A stretch of DNA of 63,742 nucleotides, filler included, from Phoronis australis (lineage: Eukaryota > Animalia > Phoronida): assembly GCA_002633005.1 (NCBI GenBank). It is 13 parts of 13 records of this genome, joined end to end, with 100 filler letters (N's around TTAATTAATTAA, not from the genome) between each part and the next. Parts side by side here need not be neighbours in the genome. Positions count along the whole stretch, not along the records: positions 58,708 to 62,526 come from NMRA01002010.1; positions 62,627 to 63,742 come from NMRA01001383.1; 11 more parts are not named here. The stretch is one strand, 5' to 3'. The notes beneath the pieces were generated by a model that saw only the letters and a program-made list of their open reading frames with translations, searched no databases and had not been told where the DNA came from. Numbering within the stretch: position 1 is the first letter of the stretch; each line of letters starts with the position of its first letter. Positions 61,776-63,742 of this stretch are shown one piece after another. The position numbers were made by a program, and so were the translations under genes.

Positions 61776-62099
61776 ACTTTCTTCGGCGAATCCGGGAATT
61801 TACAGAAGTGGCCGAAAGTGTTAGCCAATGAAACGCGTCAAAGATCGATTTTGCATATCCCATGTTCACGCGACTTGCTTACAAGTTATCGGGAGGGCTG
61901 TTAGTGTTCTTTTGAACTTGGATTTGGCAACAACCAAATAACAAGACCTGCTTTGTATTTGCCAGATATCTGTTGAGACGTGTAAAAACTCAGCTCGCAT
62001 TCGTTGGAAATTCCAGGTCGCATTTTGCGACTTGATACGAGCTGACAAAAATCTCAGCTCGCATTTCCAAATTTCAGCAGCTCGTTATGTCAAGCCCTG
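61776..62099 (-). mobile_element. End of a CAGGGCT-terminated (hAT-like) repeat; second copy at 63378-63742 on the next scaffold
   Basis: About 320 bp of near-identical sequence in opposite orientation, starting CAGGGCT(T/C)GACATAACGAGCTGC. Confidence 0.8.
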
Positions 62100-63742
62100 A
62101 CTAGTACTAAAAAAGTTAGGATCCAGACACAAAACACCACTCACTAACTGCCCAATGGTCAATACAGTATTCAGTGAACTTAATTTAGAGTTGGAAACTA
62201 CATGACTTTCGTGGGAGCAACTACCTGTCAGTATCAGTAACGTCATGAGTTGTAGGCTACAAAGTTTCTTTCGACCGAGATAACGTTTGGTACTTTGGTG
62301 GGTGGTGTTCCATATTTAGCGGTCAATGAGGTATTTTTACTAGGTGTACTGAGTTGATTGGTACCGTGAATGCGACATCAGAGTTCAGGCAGCCCGAGTC
62401 ATTCCAATGTTTAGTTGTAAATTTTGATTTCTTTACGCCGATTAGGAATACGTTACCTTTGAATGTCCTGCAACACGTTCATCAATATAAAGCCACCAGG
62501 GATGTTTAGTAGACCAACAGATCCGTNNNNNNNNNNNNNNNNNNNNNNNNNNNNNNNNNNNNNNNNNNNNTTAATTAATTAANNNNNNNNNNNNNNNNNN
62601 NNNNNNNNNNNNNNNNNNNNNNNNNNTCTGATTGGATGTCCATGAATGCTGTTAACATCAGTATTTGAAAATGATGCACAACATGTGACAATATCAGATA
62701 ACATAATTTCTAGACAGAGCAAGTGGTCGTCATCAGTGGTATAGTCGAATGACACAATGGTTTTTCATAAACTTACTTTTTTCAGCTACGGGATGCATCA
62801 CCCATCCCCTGGACATGTCACACATCCCAGGGCTTGGAGTGACCAATGACAAAAAAGAGGGAAAATTTCCAGGTGGTGTATTTTTCCACAAACAAATAGT
62901 CTTGTGTGAAAGAAATAGCTATTTTTGTGGTAAAATTTTACTGAAATAGACGTTTTTGCGTGAATAAAGTCAAAATAGTGATAAAGGGTTGAAAAAGAGG
63001 AAAAATGAAAATGAAAAAAAGAGGAAATCCTCTTAAAAGAGGAAAATTCCAAGCCCTGACATACATTTAGTAAATTCAAAATAGTTTGTTTTAAAACATT
63101 TTTACTGTAATAGTTTCAGCAAAAATAAAGAACCTTGATATGCACTAATACAGCGCATTTAGTATTCTTGCTTGTATACTTCTCGGATTACACCGATACT
63201 CAATAAAATTTAACATTTGTGTTCACTTAGCGGCAAAAAGAATGACAATTTTATTATCCGTTGCTGAATAAAGTCACGGCAACGAGACTATTCCATGAAA
63301 AAAGTCCACTCCGAATCTGTGTATTCCACCTATTTTTGTCATAGTAAACTAAAGTCTCCAATGCCTTTTGGTTAAAGCAGGGCTCGACATAACGAGCTGC
63401 AGGTCGCATTTGCGACCTGAAATTTGGAAATGCGAGCTGAGATTTTTGTCAGCTCGTATAAAGTCGCAAAATGCGACCTGGAATTTCCAACGAATGCGAG
63501 CTGAGTTTTTACACTTCTCAACAGATACCTGGCAAATACAAAGCAGCTCTTGTTAATCCGACCGTTATTTGGTTGTTGCCAAATACAAGTTCAAAAGAAC
63601 ACTAACCGAGAACAGGCCTCCCGATGACTTGTAAGCAAGTCGCGTGAACATGGGATATGAAGAATCGATCTTTGACGCGTTTCATTGGCTAACACTTTCG
63701 GCCACTTTTGTAAATTCCCGGATTCGCCGAAGAAAGTTTCGG

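Noticed and set aside
61776-63742. Large inverted repeat as the two ends of one element
   Set aside because: The copies lie on different scaffolds separated by the spacer at 62527-62626.

Overview
This is not a contiguous locus. It is 13 unrelated short scaffolds joined by identical 100-bp artificial spacers (44 N + TTAATTAATTAA + 44 N). The DNA is AT-rich, intron-containing animal sequence, probably from an invertebrate (inference; it may be host DNA in a metagenome). Recognisable spliced gene pieces are NCAPH2 (2 exons), BLTP2/KIAA0100 (3 exons), SLC25A10 (1 exon), an MRP-type ABCC transporter (1 exon), a TSP1-repeat exon, an Ig V-like exon lacking the usual disulfide, and a filamin-repeat gene (3 exons). 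Most of the rest is transposable-element debris: a P-element-like transposase with Asn in place of its first catalytic Asp, Academ, BEL/Pao, two Gypsy types, Penelope, LINEs, Kolobok, hAT elements with 8-bp and 5-bp TSDs, an AT-TSD THAP element, a Helentron-type HINE and several MITE families. Several insertions come with an empty-site copy inside the window. I found no CRISPR array, rRNA, operon or prokaryotic system, and I cannot support a claim of a new biological system. The best leads are the transposon architectures and a tandem array built from a splice junction. All protein identities rest on motif recognition, not database searches.
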